A stretch of 64,000 nt of DNA from Tubulanus polymorphus (Eukaryota; Animalia; Nemertea). Both the position numbers and the translations under genes were made by a program. This document shows, piece by piece, positions 49,538-63,267 of this stretch. The notes beneath the pieces were generated by a model. The model made no database searches. It was not told the origin of the DNA and was given only the letters and a program-made list of their open reading frames with translations. Each line of letters begins with the position of its first letter. Position 1 is the stretch's first letter. Location: positions 8,544,275-8,608,274 of the forward strand of contig NC_134032.1 of NCBI RefSeq assembly GCF_964204645.1, written 5' to 3'.

Positions 49538-50126
49538 TGAGACCAACAACTGGAGAATTGAATAACAATTGGTTCAGATTGTTAAGTGCCATTACAGTGT
49601 AGATTGTATAGTCGCATTACAGTAGGAGCTACGGATAAATGACTACTTTAAATTTGACGTACAAAATACAAAATCAGAAACATTTTTCTTCAGCGACACT
49701 CACTCCAAAAACTTTTTGAATACTTTTATCGCTTCAGTATAAACGTTTTTACGGGGTCATCACGTCAGACCGAAAAGCTGATATACGGATTAGTTTATTC
49801 CGAACTTCATTGCCAACCGGGTTTGGTACACCTAAGTCAAATAGCATAAGTCCATAAACCCAAAGCGAAGAAGGAAACTCTAAAATGATGAATAAAATGA
49901 CAATAGCGAGCGCCATTTTAGTAGCTTTTCGGTCGAGATTGCTTAACTTCGAATTTTGGGTGCCAGTGTCTATTTTTACCAATTCGTTTCAGCAAATATA
50001 TTAGAAAGACATTGAGGATTAGAATCGGTATCAGACTCATCAAAAGTGTTGTTAACATCAATTCTCCCCAATAATGAAGACCGTACTGAATATTAGTTAA
50101 TCTCCTTCGGGCCAGTATTGGAACGT
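49538..50126 (-). pseudogene. Partial duplicate of the GPCR (about TM5-TM7 plus 3' flank) with deletions and frameshifts
   Basis: Aligns to ~47581-48302; LDRKATKMALAIVILFIILEFPSSLWVY retained. Confidence 0.88.
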
Positions 50127-51522
50127 TTAGTTTATACGTCCATGGTTAAACGAACAATTCATGTCATTTTGTTTTGCTACTTTACAACCTTACTTTCACA
50201 GAGCTCTCGTCCCCAAAAGCAAAAATTTACATCAGGTGAAAAATGATACTAGTTACTTGTTTTTGTATTAACGTAGGTTCTCGCATAAACGGTTATATGA
50301 CACATGACAATAATTCCATCAATTTAACAAAGCTAAAGCGACTTAAAATATGTTGTATTCATCACAAAGATTATGCGGCACAGTAGCAGAAAATATATCA
50401 TATCATCATAATTTTTTTTGCAATCAAAACGACCCTAGGACATACTTTGGATGAAAAGGCCAAGCGCCCTAGCTGCTACGTTTATCATAAATAAAAAAGC
50501 ATTAAATATAGAAATGTCAAAAACGCCCTAGCGTTATGTAATATTAAGAAAATAATTAGATAATCATAAGACGAGGTCAAACGCCCTAGCTGTTTGACCT
50601 AATTAATTAGGTGATACGCCAGTGGGCTCAAAAATGCCAAAAAGGGGTCAGAAAAAAGGGCGCCGGATCGGAAGGTGCTAAGGAAGGGGATGGTGGGATA
50701 AACGTAACCTTTCACGCTCGGGATGCGGAAGGGAAAGGGATGTAAACTCAACAGTGATTGGCTGAGAGACCGAAGCTATGGCGGCGCCACAGGCTGGAGA
50801 CGCCTGGCAAGGCGCTCGGTTCGCTTCTGTCGCAAAAACGTTGATGAGCAATCGTTGCTCGCACATATCTTGATACTTTCCTCCTAGTCTTGATACAACC
50901 CTATCTAAGATATTTACTACCATCTTCGACTATAAGAATGCGCTCTAGAATTATTGTTATTATTTGGAAAGCAACATGTTCTTTGATTTAGGGCCTGTAT
51001 TTCTAGATCTTAAGATCTGAGCAGTTTGTTTAGTTCATTCGTAACGAATTTTTAAAAGTTTCATTGGTTAATTTCAAACACTAACTTCAAGATCGTTGCT
51101 AACTTGTAACTTCTTGCACTCATCGATTTGATACCTGCCAAAATTAATTTAGATTTATCACGATGATGTATGGTATCTTTATTGCCCATTATGGTACATG
51201 TATATCAGTTAGCTCTGAACCAAGATCCATAGCTGTAGGTATAATTCATAGGAAATTCTTAGAATTTGCTATGGCATTAATTCGGAATTGCGATTAATCA
51301 GCATAAAAAGAGGAATTTTAATGTCTTCGGTTTTTTTTTATTTTCGTAACGTTTCATCTCCTATTATTGTCTGTGCCTGTTTAAAAGTCGCCGTGATTGG
51401 TCTCATTTTTGACGACAAACGGGAAGTTCCCGCGATAAATTCTCGCGGCCTGATTCGGTAAGATTTTAAGCCCCTTATCTCCTCACTCGAACTATCGAAC
51501 AACGTCTGTGTTCGTTCATCAG

Positions 51523-51632
51523 GTATATTGTCAACGAAGTCATATTCCACGTACAGATTTTTTTGTCGATTACATGTTAAAACTCGAAAACCGTACTAGT
51601 AGAAAATATGTCGCCGATTGTGAGGTTTCTAA
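51523..51632 (+). pseudogene. Truncated copy of the leader exon (ATG 51608, MSPIVRFL, then unrelated sequence)
   Basis: atcag|gtatattgtcaacg acceptor; ~51240-51632 is an inverted homolog of ~45428-45825. Confidence 0.8.
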
Positions 51633-52736
51633 TCTCAGAGTTAAGCGGCATAATGTTTCCACAAAACTGTGTAACTGGTTACTGGCAACTGTTGACTGAA
51701 GACATTAATCATTAGAAATGAACCACTGTAATATGAATACAGAAATACGCAGAAATATTCACGAATTTATCGTCTCGTCAAGTTTAGTGTCAGATTTCTG
51801 AGGACTGATTTTCTATTCGCTGTTAACAATAAATCTTTCAAATGAGCTGTAATGTAAAGACTTTAATTGATGATATCTTCATACGTATGTTAAATTCATT
51901 TTCTGATACTCGACAGGACACAGCGCCAGCTACAGTACATTCTCAGACAGGCAGCGCATTTTAGAACAGTTTTAACAACGCTATATGTCCATGATAATTG
52001 TTATATACATTTCATCTATATTCCATATTCCTTTATTGAAAAAATGTCTTTGTGTAATTCCTCTATGTTTGTTGAGACAGTCTGTCTGTGTCTAATGTGC
52101 TCATTGTTGTTTTTCTCGATGTCATGTCACTTCTCATCACCTATCACCTATTTCTGTATCATACCATGTCTCCACCTGTCTCGTATCTCAAATTTCTAGA
52201 TGGACAGGATGATGATGGAGGTCTGGGGAGAGAGGAATGGATCAAGAGCCATAATTTTGATTTTGACTGTTACAAAAGTTTTGATATTTTTGGCCCTAAT
52301 TTGTATTCACGTAGACTATTTACATGAACGCCGATGACAGCACCATCATCCGACCATCCCTAACGTTAGGTCACAGGGGCTCGTCACGACATTTTAGCAT
52401 CCAAAACCAAAGCTCTACTCGAGTACCCTGATTCACGTGTATAGAATAGATTAGATTAGAAATTTTATTGTCCACAAAAAAAATTTGCATTGACAAAAGC
52501 TGTTTCAATGGTTAGTGCACGATATTAGTTATAGGGTATATGTCTTTTCATGCCAGAGGTCGAAAGGTCGAGCTCATAAAAAATAAAAATAAATTCTCAC
52601 ACGCTCGAATTTATTTTATTTTATTTTTTACTCACTCAACCTTTCAACCTCTGGTATGAAAAGACATATACCCTATTACTCTAATAATTTCATATATATG
52701 AATATCATATATATGAATATCACATATATGAAAATC

Positions 52737-52855
<119 letters not shown>

Positions 52856-53063
52856 TAAATATACATCAATTTCAAACATAAAAAGTGTGAGTAAAGTGAT
52901 TGGATCAATTTATATTTTAAACATATTTTGATATTTATATTTGTATGAGTTAGATTTTTTAACATAAAAGGTGTGAGTAAAGTGTGAAATAATTCATATT
53001 TTAACATTAGATATTCATATTTATATTTGTATGAGTTAGATTCATTTTAATAGAAATTTTGTT

Positions 53064-53504
53064 ATGAAAATGAACGAAGAAGAACCCAAATTTAAAATTG
53101 AAATCAAAGAAACTAATAACTTATTTTCATTAATTAACATTAAAAATTATATCTCAGCAACAAATTTAGTGTATGGAAGACAATATAAAATTGATAATAT
53201 TACCATAATTTATCAAATATTATCAAATGAAATATATTCAATTATTGAACTTATAGATACTTTAGATAATGGCGCTAAAAATCCAAAAATATTTAATACA
53301 GTTTTAAATTATAAAGGTAATTTAGATGAAAAAATTATAAATATTCTTGAAACTCCTTTTAATGAAAGAAATCATGATTTAATAATTTCTAAAGGTAACA
53401 ATGATATAGACTTAAGAATTGAAAAACGACAATTATATAATTTTAATTTTGATAATAAACAAATTATTTATAATGAAAATTCATCAAATATTGGAGTTAG
53501 TTAA
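53064..53504 (+). CDS. AT-rich 146-aa ORF of unknown origin (possibly mobile or viral)
   Basis: Open frame in very AT-rich DNA with K/N/I/E bias like the Maverick ORFs; no motif recognised. Confidence 0.3.
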   Translation: MKMNEEEPKFKIEIKETNNLFSLINIKNYISATNLVYGRQYKIDNITIIYQILSNEIYSIIELIDTLDNGAKNPKIFNTVLNYKGNLDEKIINILETPFNERNHDLIISKGNNDIDLRIEKRQLYNFNFDNKQIIYNENSSNIGVS

Positions 53505-56029
53505 GTAGAATTCTTGCTCACAGTTAGTTTTTAAGTATTGGTAAGTCGCAGCCTTTGGGGAATTGATACAATTAAGTCGCCATTTTTGAATAAACTGGCC
53601 TTTTAATCTAAGTTTTACCGACTGGTTAATAAGTTCTTGACTAGGTATATTATGATTGGTATCTATTATCTAGGTACATTATGATTGGTATGGATTATAT
53701 ATGAGGTATACCCTGCGTTGTATGTTATACAGTGTGAGCAGGGCTAGTAGTAGGCCTACCGACACAGTTCAATCAGGCAGGTGGGATTTCATTTCACCTG
53801 CTTGGTCGACAGTACTTCAACTTTCATTTTTTTCAACTTTGCACTGGATTTCTTATACACTTGTATCGAAGTGGACCACACATTATCAAACGAGCCCCAA
53901 AAAGATCTAAGTTGCACTTCTCTATATCCTCGGAATCAATTAATTAACACGCGGTAAAGTTTGAAGAAAATTTGATTTCAAATTGCAGTTACGCGGAACT
54001 ATACTAGCAAAACGTGGTAGACCCTCACTTGCCATAGGTGGAAACCTTTGTTGCCACGGCCCTAGTTGATGAGATAAGATATAACTTTATCCTCCTGTCT
54101 AAAATTGATAGTATAAGGAGGTCTAAAAAGATCGATATATAGAAAAATACAATACACGAAAGACATAAAATAACACAAGCATTGATCACTACTTTCTCGT
54201 TTTATCTAAGTACTTTAAGACTAGTTTCATACGCGTTGACTTATTTTCACAGTTTAGTAATTCGCTCTACATTATGAGAGTATTTGGGCGTTTCCAGAAT
54301 TTGTCTGGTATATACTTTTTCCTTAATTCTAAGTGTTGTGGACATATTAATAAAGAATGAAATTCGTCACCTAGATCGCCTAAAGTTATATTTTTTAGCG
54401 ACTGTCTATTGCAGCGGCTTTGCACTAAAATGAAATGCTATCGGCGAAATTTCACTAAGCTGCTGTCAAGACAGCTGAAAGGAGGTAGATTTCAAACACG
54501 AATTATCATCTTTCACTAGCATTCCTTTAAATCTTCCGCCAAACGTTTTGTCCCAAGTCGATAATAGAGGAATTGATAGAAGCAGTCATGCTTTCAGCAA
54601 GGATCTAAGCCTGTAAGGGAAAATTTGATGGTCTTGCCGCCAGAACCTATGTTAGGGGTTTAATCAATTTTCTGGGGCAGCGACTTTATCTTTGGAAAGG
54701 TCTGCGGTGACATCTCGTCGAATAGATGGCTGCCTCCGGGAATCCACCTATGACATCATCTAATTTCCCTCTTCTATTATTGGCAATATGTTTATACTAG
54801 TGGGATAGGAAATGTTTGATGGAATTACCGGAAATTTCAGTAATCAGCATCGGAAAATTCGTGACCTTAATGTTGTGTACACAACAAACTTTCGGTCGAG
54901 TTTTTCTAAATAATGCGAATCGACACTGAACATTGTGTGTGCAGCGAGCTGGTGTTTTTGAGTGAGGTGTATTTATTAGTATCAGTATAATATTTTCACC
55001 ACCTGTTCCGCGGACATACTGCAGAAATATACAATTCAATTCAATTCAATCTTTATTCAGCATAAACATTAATAAAACATTGTTTGCAACTGATACAAAT
55101 TCGGTAAAATCAGATATGGGAAAAAACCGGGACCACAGCATATGCTCGCACAAAGGAGCGAGAACCACTATGGCTTTCCTATCTTGATTCCCTAAGTCTA
55201 ATAACCCCCCCCCCCCAACAGCACAGCTGCCCTAACCAACTCTACCAAAGCCAAACTGACTTCTTCCGTCTGACCGCAGCGCGACGTAGTGAGAATAGTC
55301 GCCGAAAAATTGAATCCACACCCTCAAAACAGATCGTACCGTATCCCAAAGGCAACTTAAAGGGGTATACTAAACCACCCCTCCCCCAGCCAACACGACC
55401 GAAGCCATGACAACGGACAATAAGAGGCCCGCGGCTAGAGAATCGAAAACAGGATGCAATAAAACAACAAATTGAAATTGATAGATGATCTAACTTTATT
55501 TCAAGCGTAAACAATCATCTGGTTTAAGACGCTCAAATCCTTTGCAACCGACTATTTCCACTTTGAAAACGGTAAAAGCCATTGATCATCAAGTAAGACC
55601 AGTGGAATACAAAGGCAAATGCAAAAGAAGCTGACATGCCATAAACAAAACAAAGAACGCGCTAAAATCCGAGCGGTCAAAAGGCTCGCATAAAACTAAA
55701 AATGTTGGGTATTTGACACGCGTCTCACACGAACGGAGCAAACTAAATCACGCGTAGAGTGCGACTAAACTCTCCATGGAAACGAAAATGCGCTAAATAA
55801 AATCGCCGAAACAGATCAGAAAACCGAAATGATAGACGAACTCCCTGACCGATAAATCTCACTATAGTGGGACTAACGTAGTAAACCGAAATACACAATA
55901 CAAATGGAGAACCATCAACCATGACCTCTCGAGTTTTCTCTGCCCTAAAATTCATAATTCATATATACTCTTATTTTTATACTCATTTTTCTTTTTTAGA
56001 CGTAACGATTCTTCCATTCTTTATCACAT

Positions 56030-56250
56030 ACAGCAGACTACGGGGCACACAGCCCTCCAGCCCACAGGCAGGCAACAGGACACAGTCCTACGAGACACAA
56101 AGCCTCTAGTCCACACATAGTAGACTCCAGGGCACACAGCCCTCCAGCCCGCACACAGCAGGCAAACAGGACACACAGTCTCGGAGGCACACAGCCTCTA
56201 GTCCGCACAGAGTAGACTCCGGGGCACACAGCCCTCCAGCCCGTACGCAT
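56030..56250. repeat. Short tandem repeat (~90-bp unit)
   Basis: ggggcacacagccctccagccc occurs three times. Confidence 0.8.
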
Positions 56251-57085
56251 CCTCTCTTTTGGCTGGGTGCGAATTTAGAGAGGGTGGCACTTATTTGATT
56301 GCGTGAGGTGGCGACTGCGAGCGACGCAGATGCGAAGCCCCACGAGGGGGTTTGGGGGTCGTCCCCCAAGAAAATTTTGAAAATGGAAACGCTTTAGATG
56401 CATTTCTGGCCAAATTTTAGAATATTTCACATAAGAATGTCACTGAAAAAAATGTACTTAATCCTTAAAACACCCAACGCACCCCCTCCCCGGGTACGGG
56501 CCTGTAAGTAACTCTGGATGTTTAAAATGTTTGCTAACTGCATTCGTCTTGGGCGTTATCCCGAGAATATTTTCGTCACAGCTTTTCTATCTAAATATCC
56601 TCATTGTAATGTATGCGCATGAAGGCCAAAGAGGTCCTTCCATCATTGCATACGTAGTTGTTTCGCCAACGTAAGATGACTAGTGAATTTGAAAATTATT
56701 TTTTGTATAAATCTGTAATTGCTGGAGCAATATTCTTAAAAAAAATATCTATAGAATCACCGAAATGTAATTTAAAAGAATACTATGATGAAAATGTTAT
56801 TAAAGTAATATGAAAAAAGTTTTTTGATTCGTCAACACTGTGTGATCCTAGTGTGAGCCATATGTGTTTCTGTAAACATTATAAACGAACGGACTGTCCG
56901 CTGAGTCACCGGTAGGATGTAGCCTACACTGGATCTCAAGTGGTGCCTCTGAACCTGTTACATAGGCTAGAAATTACCAAAATCATGAAGGGCAACTTTC
57001 TAAAAAGGGGTGTTCGTTCGAACGGACGAACCCCCTGGCTACGGGCTTGATAATAATATAGATAACAGATAGGTATGCATGAATT

Positions 57086-57700
57086 TTACTTAAGTAGCTT
57101 TAGACCAGCATTTACAAATCTAGCGAGTCTAATTAATATATTGTTATTTACAGCATTAAGTATAGTTGTGACGTTTTCAAAAGTGTTAGGTCTATTTACA
57201 TAAAAAGGTGTTAGGAAAGCTCTTCGTATATTCTTTAGTTTGGAACATTCAAAAAGAAAATGGAATTCATCGCCGACTTTGTTAAGACTACAATATGTAC
57301 AAATACGTTCGTTTTTATCAATATTTACATAGCTATGTTTGTTGGCATCTAATTTACGGCTACCGATCCGAAATTTAGCGAGACTACATGAGGTGGTTTG
57401 GTACAACGGATAAATATTTTCATAATCATATTCAAGTTAAAAGATTCTATAATTTACGCTTTAATGTCACTATTTTGCAATTTTTCCCTCCATGTCTGAA
57501 TGTATCTATCTTTTAGAGATTGTTTTATGAAATTTATCGACCGCAGATCGCTTACCTGATCTTGCCACACATAGTTCAGCCCACAGTTTTGTATAATTTC
57601 CTTAATTTGGCAAATCCGATCTGATGCATATAAATCTTTTTTGTAAAAGTCGTACACAATATTATTCATTACTACATTCAGCTTTGACTTGTTTCTTCCG
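57086..57700 (-). mobile_element. Non-LTR retrotransposon 3' fragment (RT-associated zinc-binding C-terminus)
   Basis: LAKFRIGSRKL...ERICTYCSLNKVGDEFHFLFECSKLKNIR; CGLNYVW...LKDRYIQTW. Confidence 0.8.
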
Positions 57701-59143
57701 TCTGTCCGCAGCGCCATGGTGTGAGTCATTGGGCGGTCTTATCAGAGTGTTATCAAAGTATGAAAGACTGCCTAACGACAAAAGGATATTATCGCACGGA
57801 TATAAAGACAGCGGTATAGTGTTTTGATACTGATTACTAGCGTTATAAACTCGGGATTGACGAATATCAACGTGGAAACTATTTTTCCGTCTCGGCCCGA
57901 GGTACGCGCAGTGAGTAGATGATGGTAATTCGATCATAACAAATAGTTAGACAGTAAGCTTTATTCACGGGGTCTTATTTCGTGAGATATCTTTGATCTT
58001 ACAGACAGTTAGGTTATTAAAATGGTTGCCTATTCATAAATTCCTTAATGATTGGCCTATCGTCTATAGGTTTCCCTCTTGGCGACTGGAGCTGGCATTT
58101 CTACTAGGCTGGGAATGGATATGGCATCCTTGCTGTATTATTGAAATTATCTATAACTCATTAGACTTAATGTCAATTAATTTTTTTCTGTATATAATGT
58201 TTCTATGTTGTACGTTATTTCAATGAATTCAGGAACAAAGAATATCATATCATATCAAAGTAATACCAGTCTATAAAACCGGGCCTGGGTTATTGGTAGT
58301 GAAAAGCAGTTCATTTTCATTGAAATTTGAAGAGACTTCTTAGGCTTCCGAATCTGTCAATGCCAACGCTGAATTGATTTAATGATGAGAAAAGTTGACA
58401 TGACTTTTATTGAAATGTCGAGGAGATTGATGCGCAATAACCAATTTCAACTAGCGATCCCAGTGGATTATTGCCAAATCCTCGCTTGCCACTGTAGCGT
58501 TGCCGGTATTCGGATGAAAAAAATTAATTTCGATAAAATTCAAATTTCCACGTGTAGGGAGTTGATGGGGGAACTGAGGAAAGTTTCCAGATGGATCAAT
58601 GCAAAAAAAGATGGAAGTGAACGACTTCCGCCATCATCCTCATTGTTTCCTATTATTGACAAAGTGTCTGTGCAAACGTCCTCTTTGCTTGGTAATAGGT
58701 GTATTTTTAGCCAAAGGTGGGAAATTCCCGCTATCAATTTGAATTTACATAGCCTTATTTGGTAACTAAGCCACACATCTCGTACGAACTATCGTTTGAC
58801 GCCGGTATCTACATGCCCGGTAGGGAACCTGTCTCATCCCTTTCGCAAAATCCGCTTGCTGCCGGGGACCGTCCTTTTGGCGTTAAAGATATTTCACTTA
58901 AAGATAGTTCGCTTTCAAAAAACGGACCGTTTGCGCTTCACGTGTCTAGGGCCTTACTAGATACAATTTTAATCGAAAATGAACTACTAACACTAGATAT
59001 AGGCCTATAGATATTAGTTATGATAACGATGTAATAACGATTTTTTTTCTATCGTTTTCAGGTATTTGTTAACGGAGTCTTTTCACATTCCACGTACAGA
59101 TTTCGTGTCCTTTTGTATTTGAAATTCGAAAGAAGCGCAGAAT

Positions 59144-59234
59144 ATGTCACCGATCGTTAGGTTTTTGATGTTGCTGTGGGTCGCGGCCGTCGCCGTGTCG
59201 GCGCAGAACGCGTCTCCAGTACCGAAGGACGATG
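59144..59234 (+). CDS. Leader exon of a second neuroglian-like paralog (acceptor 59060-59061); the rest would lie beyond the window
   Basis: MSPIVRFLMLLWVAAVAVSAQNASPVPKDD(G)|gtaggt, 91 nt, intact. Confidence 0.75.
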
Positions 59235-60172
59235 GTAGGTCTTTATATAATCCCCCTGCGCCTCTTCGCTCAAGCTCCTCGCGGGACCCAGTTTAATGCA
59301 ATCGTAACTCGCAATCGGGGTACAGGGCCCGGGCGCGAGCTATTCGATATCGTAACTCGAGCTGATTCTTAAAAAAAATTATTAATCAGCTGTTCATGAA
59401 ACGAAATTTTTAAATATGCTTTTTTACGACGACGCAAAAGGGTGTTTCATTTCGTGTATGGTAGCGATTGAAGACTTCAGAACGCAGTTGCACGGTTCCA
59501 CGGTTGCCTCTGAGTTAACTCAGCAAAAATGCACTGATTTTTACTCGGAGAACTCACAACTGTGAAACGGGGTCCTGGAGTCGGAATTCGCGACTCTTAA
59601 ACTGGATAGAGTTCGTCAGTTTCCCGTCGTTTAGACTCCCCGGGATCGAGACATCGGTAATTAACTGATTTGAACTCGATTATGTCGCTCTAAACTGGCA
59701 GCTGTGAAAATAGAGAAACGGGTGTCAGGAAACAATGTTTCCGCGTTCAGACGTGTTTGATTCCGTGTTTCCCTGCGTCACGTGCATCGGGCTTTACCAG
59801 CTTTCGAGCGACTGTTCCCCCAGGCTCGCACTGCCGTTTTCCTGGAAGCAAACCACGAAAGTAGGTCATTTGTTCGTCGCTCGACATTTCTAGCCAGGAT
59901 TAATCAGATTTTTAAAAAAGCTTCATCTCGCCTATTATTATCCAAGTATCTATTATCCAAGTATTTAAGCTGACATGATTTTCAGGCTCCGAATTCCACG
60001 AATGCCGAATGAATCCGATGGGACCCTGGGCAGAGTTCGAATCACCCGATTCCGTGGAAGTCTGATCCGACAGTTGTGCATAGTAAATGACGTTGTACAT
60101 GTTTTTTATTTCATGAAAGAAATTAACCCGCAGTGTTCTCCGCAAGAAGTTTATTTTAAAGGGTCGGACGTT

Positions 60173-62250
60173 AGTAATTGGAAAATCAGGGGTTCAGGCA
60201 AAAGGTCGAGAGGTCGACACATCACTCATCACCACTATTAATTTTTTTCCCTTATAAATGGGAAAAAGTGAACACCAAACAGAAAAAATTGATGGTAATA
60301 AAATTCAATTGTCTATATTGTAAAAAGAATGATAAATCACAAAAATCTCGAAATGAAAAAACTTTAAATTATAAAAACTGTTACAGATTTTTGAAACTCC
60401 AGAAAATTCCAATGAAAGAAAAGAACGATTAAATGATATGAAGAAAAGATGAAATTAAATGCGATGTTTGTAATGAATTTATAAATAAAAGGGATTATTA
60501 TAGACATCTTGAATCACAAAAACACCAACAAAATTTAGGTAAAAATATTTTAGGAACAGAATATTTTGATGATTAACCTCAACAAGTAAAAAATCTATTA
60601 AAAAATCTAAATCTATTTCAAATAAACGTAATATGGAAAATGTTAGAAATTATATTGATTCAGAAGAAATAAAAGATACAATTGAAATTATAGAAACATT
60701 GCAGCTATTATATTCAGATATCTCAAAGGAACAACATTCGAAGAATATAGCTGCATAGCAGCGATAACAGGCTTCTTTTCGGGAAGCGTCATCGAAATAA
60801 TTCTAATCAGTCCATAACATATAACATATGAATGAAGTCCCCTGGTCGCAGTTGCATGAACTAGTCTGTCGAACATGCTCTCCTTGCGCGTTTTGATCCG
60901 TAATTTCGTTAATACTAGGTTGACCTTCATGCATCAATTTGTTCAGTGAGGAATTTGCATTCAGTTAACAAAGTTGTTTTTGTTTTCATTTATCAGTGAC
61001 AGTTTACATACTGCACATATGTTTGAACTATAACAAGTTTGAAAACGAACGTATACTCAATGAATAGTTATTTACTTCAATCACAAAGAGGGAATTATAG
61101 GTAACAAAATGGCTTTTTGAATTGCTCATATATTAATCAGATAGCAAGAATCGACGTGTCCGGACTATTGCGAGTCCGAATTCGTGATTTACGGTTGAAT
61201 TGACGCTCAAGGTCGTTCGGTAATTTTAGGCTTTTCGGGGTGCACTTTTATCAATGGATGACGATTTTTTACGTTATTCTGTCGCTGTTTAGACCCGGTA
61301 ATTTCTATACGAAAATTCGAAATGGTCAGGCACTGAGTTATATTTCTAACAGAATTGAAAATTACGTTTATTAGCTGTTAGTAGTCAAATCTGAGAGGAG
61401 TTACATTTTATGAAAAATTGTTTGCTGGAAAGTGGAAAATTTATAATAATAATAATAATCAACAGAATTACAAGAGGGTTTCTGCGAAAGCAGCAGAAAC
61501 CCTAATGATAGCAAATATATTGAAATAATGGAAAAAATAATGGATTTTGTAACAGATGTTGAATATACAAATTCTGAATAATTTCAAAAACACGACTAAA
61601 AGAAAAATTAGAAAAATTATTCAATTAATTTAAATGTCATATTGAAGAAAGATATTTTGAGGGTTCTGGTTTATCATTGAAAGAATTGTATTTTCAGATT
61701 TGAGTATCTATAATACAAAAAGGAATAAACCATCAAAAAGTGATAAAATGTTCCCAAATAATTCAAAATTTACAATCGAAAAGGATATTGAAGCATCAAG
61801 TTATATCAAATTGCCATTTAAAACAAATGCAGTAAAAATGTGCAGAATGAAGATAATGCATGTTTTCTGCGGGCAATTATAGGTTGTTTACACCCAAAAG
61901 AAGAACATGTTTATAGAAAAACAGATTATCGGAAATACTAATCATTATATAAAATTTATTATATCCAGTAACTATAAAAATAATACCAAAAATAGAAAAA
62001 AAGTTAATAATTTGAAAATTAAAGTATTCGAATTAATGCAATTACCAGAGACAAAAGGTGTAAATATCAAAGATAGAGCAAAAGATGAATTTAACAATAT
62101 AAGTGAAGATAAATTAAATAAATACGTTTAATAAACTCTATAATTGTTTTCTAAGGGTTTGAAAGTTGATGATAGGCATCTTTGTAAACAAATAGGCGAA
62201 GATGAACGTGATAAAAAAGAAAGAAATTGAGCAATGCATGGAGGGAATTA
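60173..62250 (+). mobile_element. Second, partial Maverick/Polinton-type copy (terminus, zinc-finger region, pPolB N-terminus) with a nested insertion at ~60746-61510
   Basis: Starts AGTAATT exactly where homology to 9016 ends; 60240-60745 and 61510-62070 match the reverse complement of ~43610-44780. Confidence 0.82.
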
Positions 62251-62470
62251 AAAATAGAAATATAGCTGCAAAGCAGCGACAACGGGTTTCTGCCTTGCTG
62301 GTTTAAATGTCGCACTGGGAAGCGCACAAAGATTTCACCAAATAATTCTTATCAGTTTTATAACATGCGACTATTTTGAAGGAGCGCGACACATATCCTG
62401 GGTGTGTGGATCCACAAGGGCTACCACGTAAAAAGTGCTGATGAACATTGTTTTGTGTTTGGTATAGTAT

Positions 62471-63267
62471 AGTGTAGTGTAGTGTAGTGTAGTGTAGTGT
62501 AGTGTAGTGTAGTGTAGTGTAGTGTAGTGTAGTGTAGTGTAGTGTAGTGTAGTGTAGTGTAGTGTAGTGTAGTGTAGTGTAGTGTAGTGTAGTGTAGTGT
62601 AGTGTAGTGTAGTGTAGTGTAGTGTAGTGTAGTGTAGTGTAGTGTAGTGTAGTGTAGTGTAGTGTAGTGTAGTGTAGTGTAGTGTAGTGTAGTGTAGTGT
62701 AGTGTAGTGTAGTGTAGTGTAGTGTAGTGTAGTGTAGTGTAGTGTAGTGTAGTGTAGTGTAGTGTAGTGTAGTGTAGTGTAGTGTAGTGTAGTGTAGTGT
62801 AGTGTAGTGTAGTGTAGTGTAGTGTAGTGTAGTGTAGTGTAGTGTAGTGTAGTGTAGTGTAGTGTAGTGTAGTGTAGTGTAGTGTAGTGTAGTGTAGTGT
62901 AGTGTAGTGTAGTGTAGTGTAGTGTAGTGTAGTGTAGTGTAGTGTAGTGTAGTGTAGTGTAGTGTAGTGTAGTGTAGTGTAGTGTAGTGTAGTGTAGTGT
63001 AGTGTAGTGTAGTGTAGTGTAGTGTAGTGTAGTGTAGTGTAGTGTAGTGTAGTGTAGTGTAGTGTAGTGTAGTGTAGTGTAGTGTAGTGTAGTGTAGTGT
63101 AGTGTAGTGTAGTGTAGTGTAGTGTAGTGTAGTGTAGTGTAGTGTAGTGTAGTGTAGTGTAGTGTAGTGTAGTGTAGTGTAGTGTAGTGTAGTGTAGTGT
63201 AGTGTAGTGTAGTGTAGTGTAGTGTAGTGTAGTGTAGTGTAGTGTAGTGTAGTGTAGTGTAGTGTAG
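62471..63267. repeat. (AGTGT)n pentanucleotide array, ~800 bp
   Basis: Uninterrupted perfect repeat. Confidence 0.98.

Larger units (their letters stand above)
54588..60172 (+). repeat. Interrupted direct segmental duplicate of the gene's 5' region (4717-9016)
   Basis: Collinear blocks ~4717-5118/54588-54987, ~5135-5552/57718-58113, ~6350-7100/58262-59010, ~7552-9016/59045-60172; also ~14676-14920/63731-64000. Confidence 0.88.

Noticed and set aside
55025-56030. Assigning a LINE clade to this segment
   Set aside because: It has a (CAATT)n tail-like end suggesting a minus-strand retroelement, but no readable protein motif.
58382-59010. ORFs 58382-58765 and 58759-59010 as genes
   Set aside because: They lie in the duplicated upstream/intronic block, and the frame is not preserved in the homologous 6500-7070 copy.
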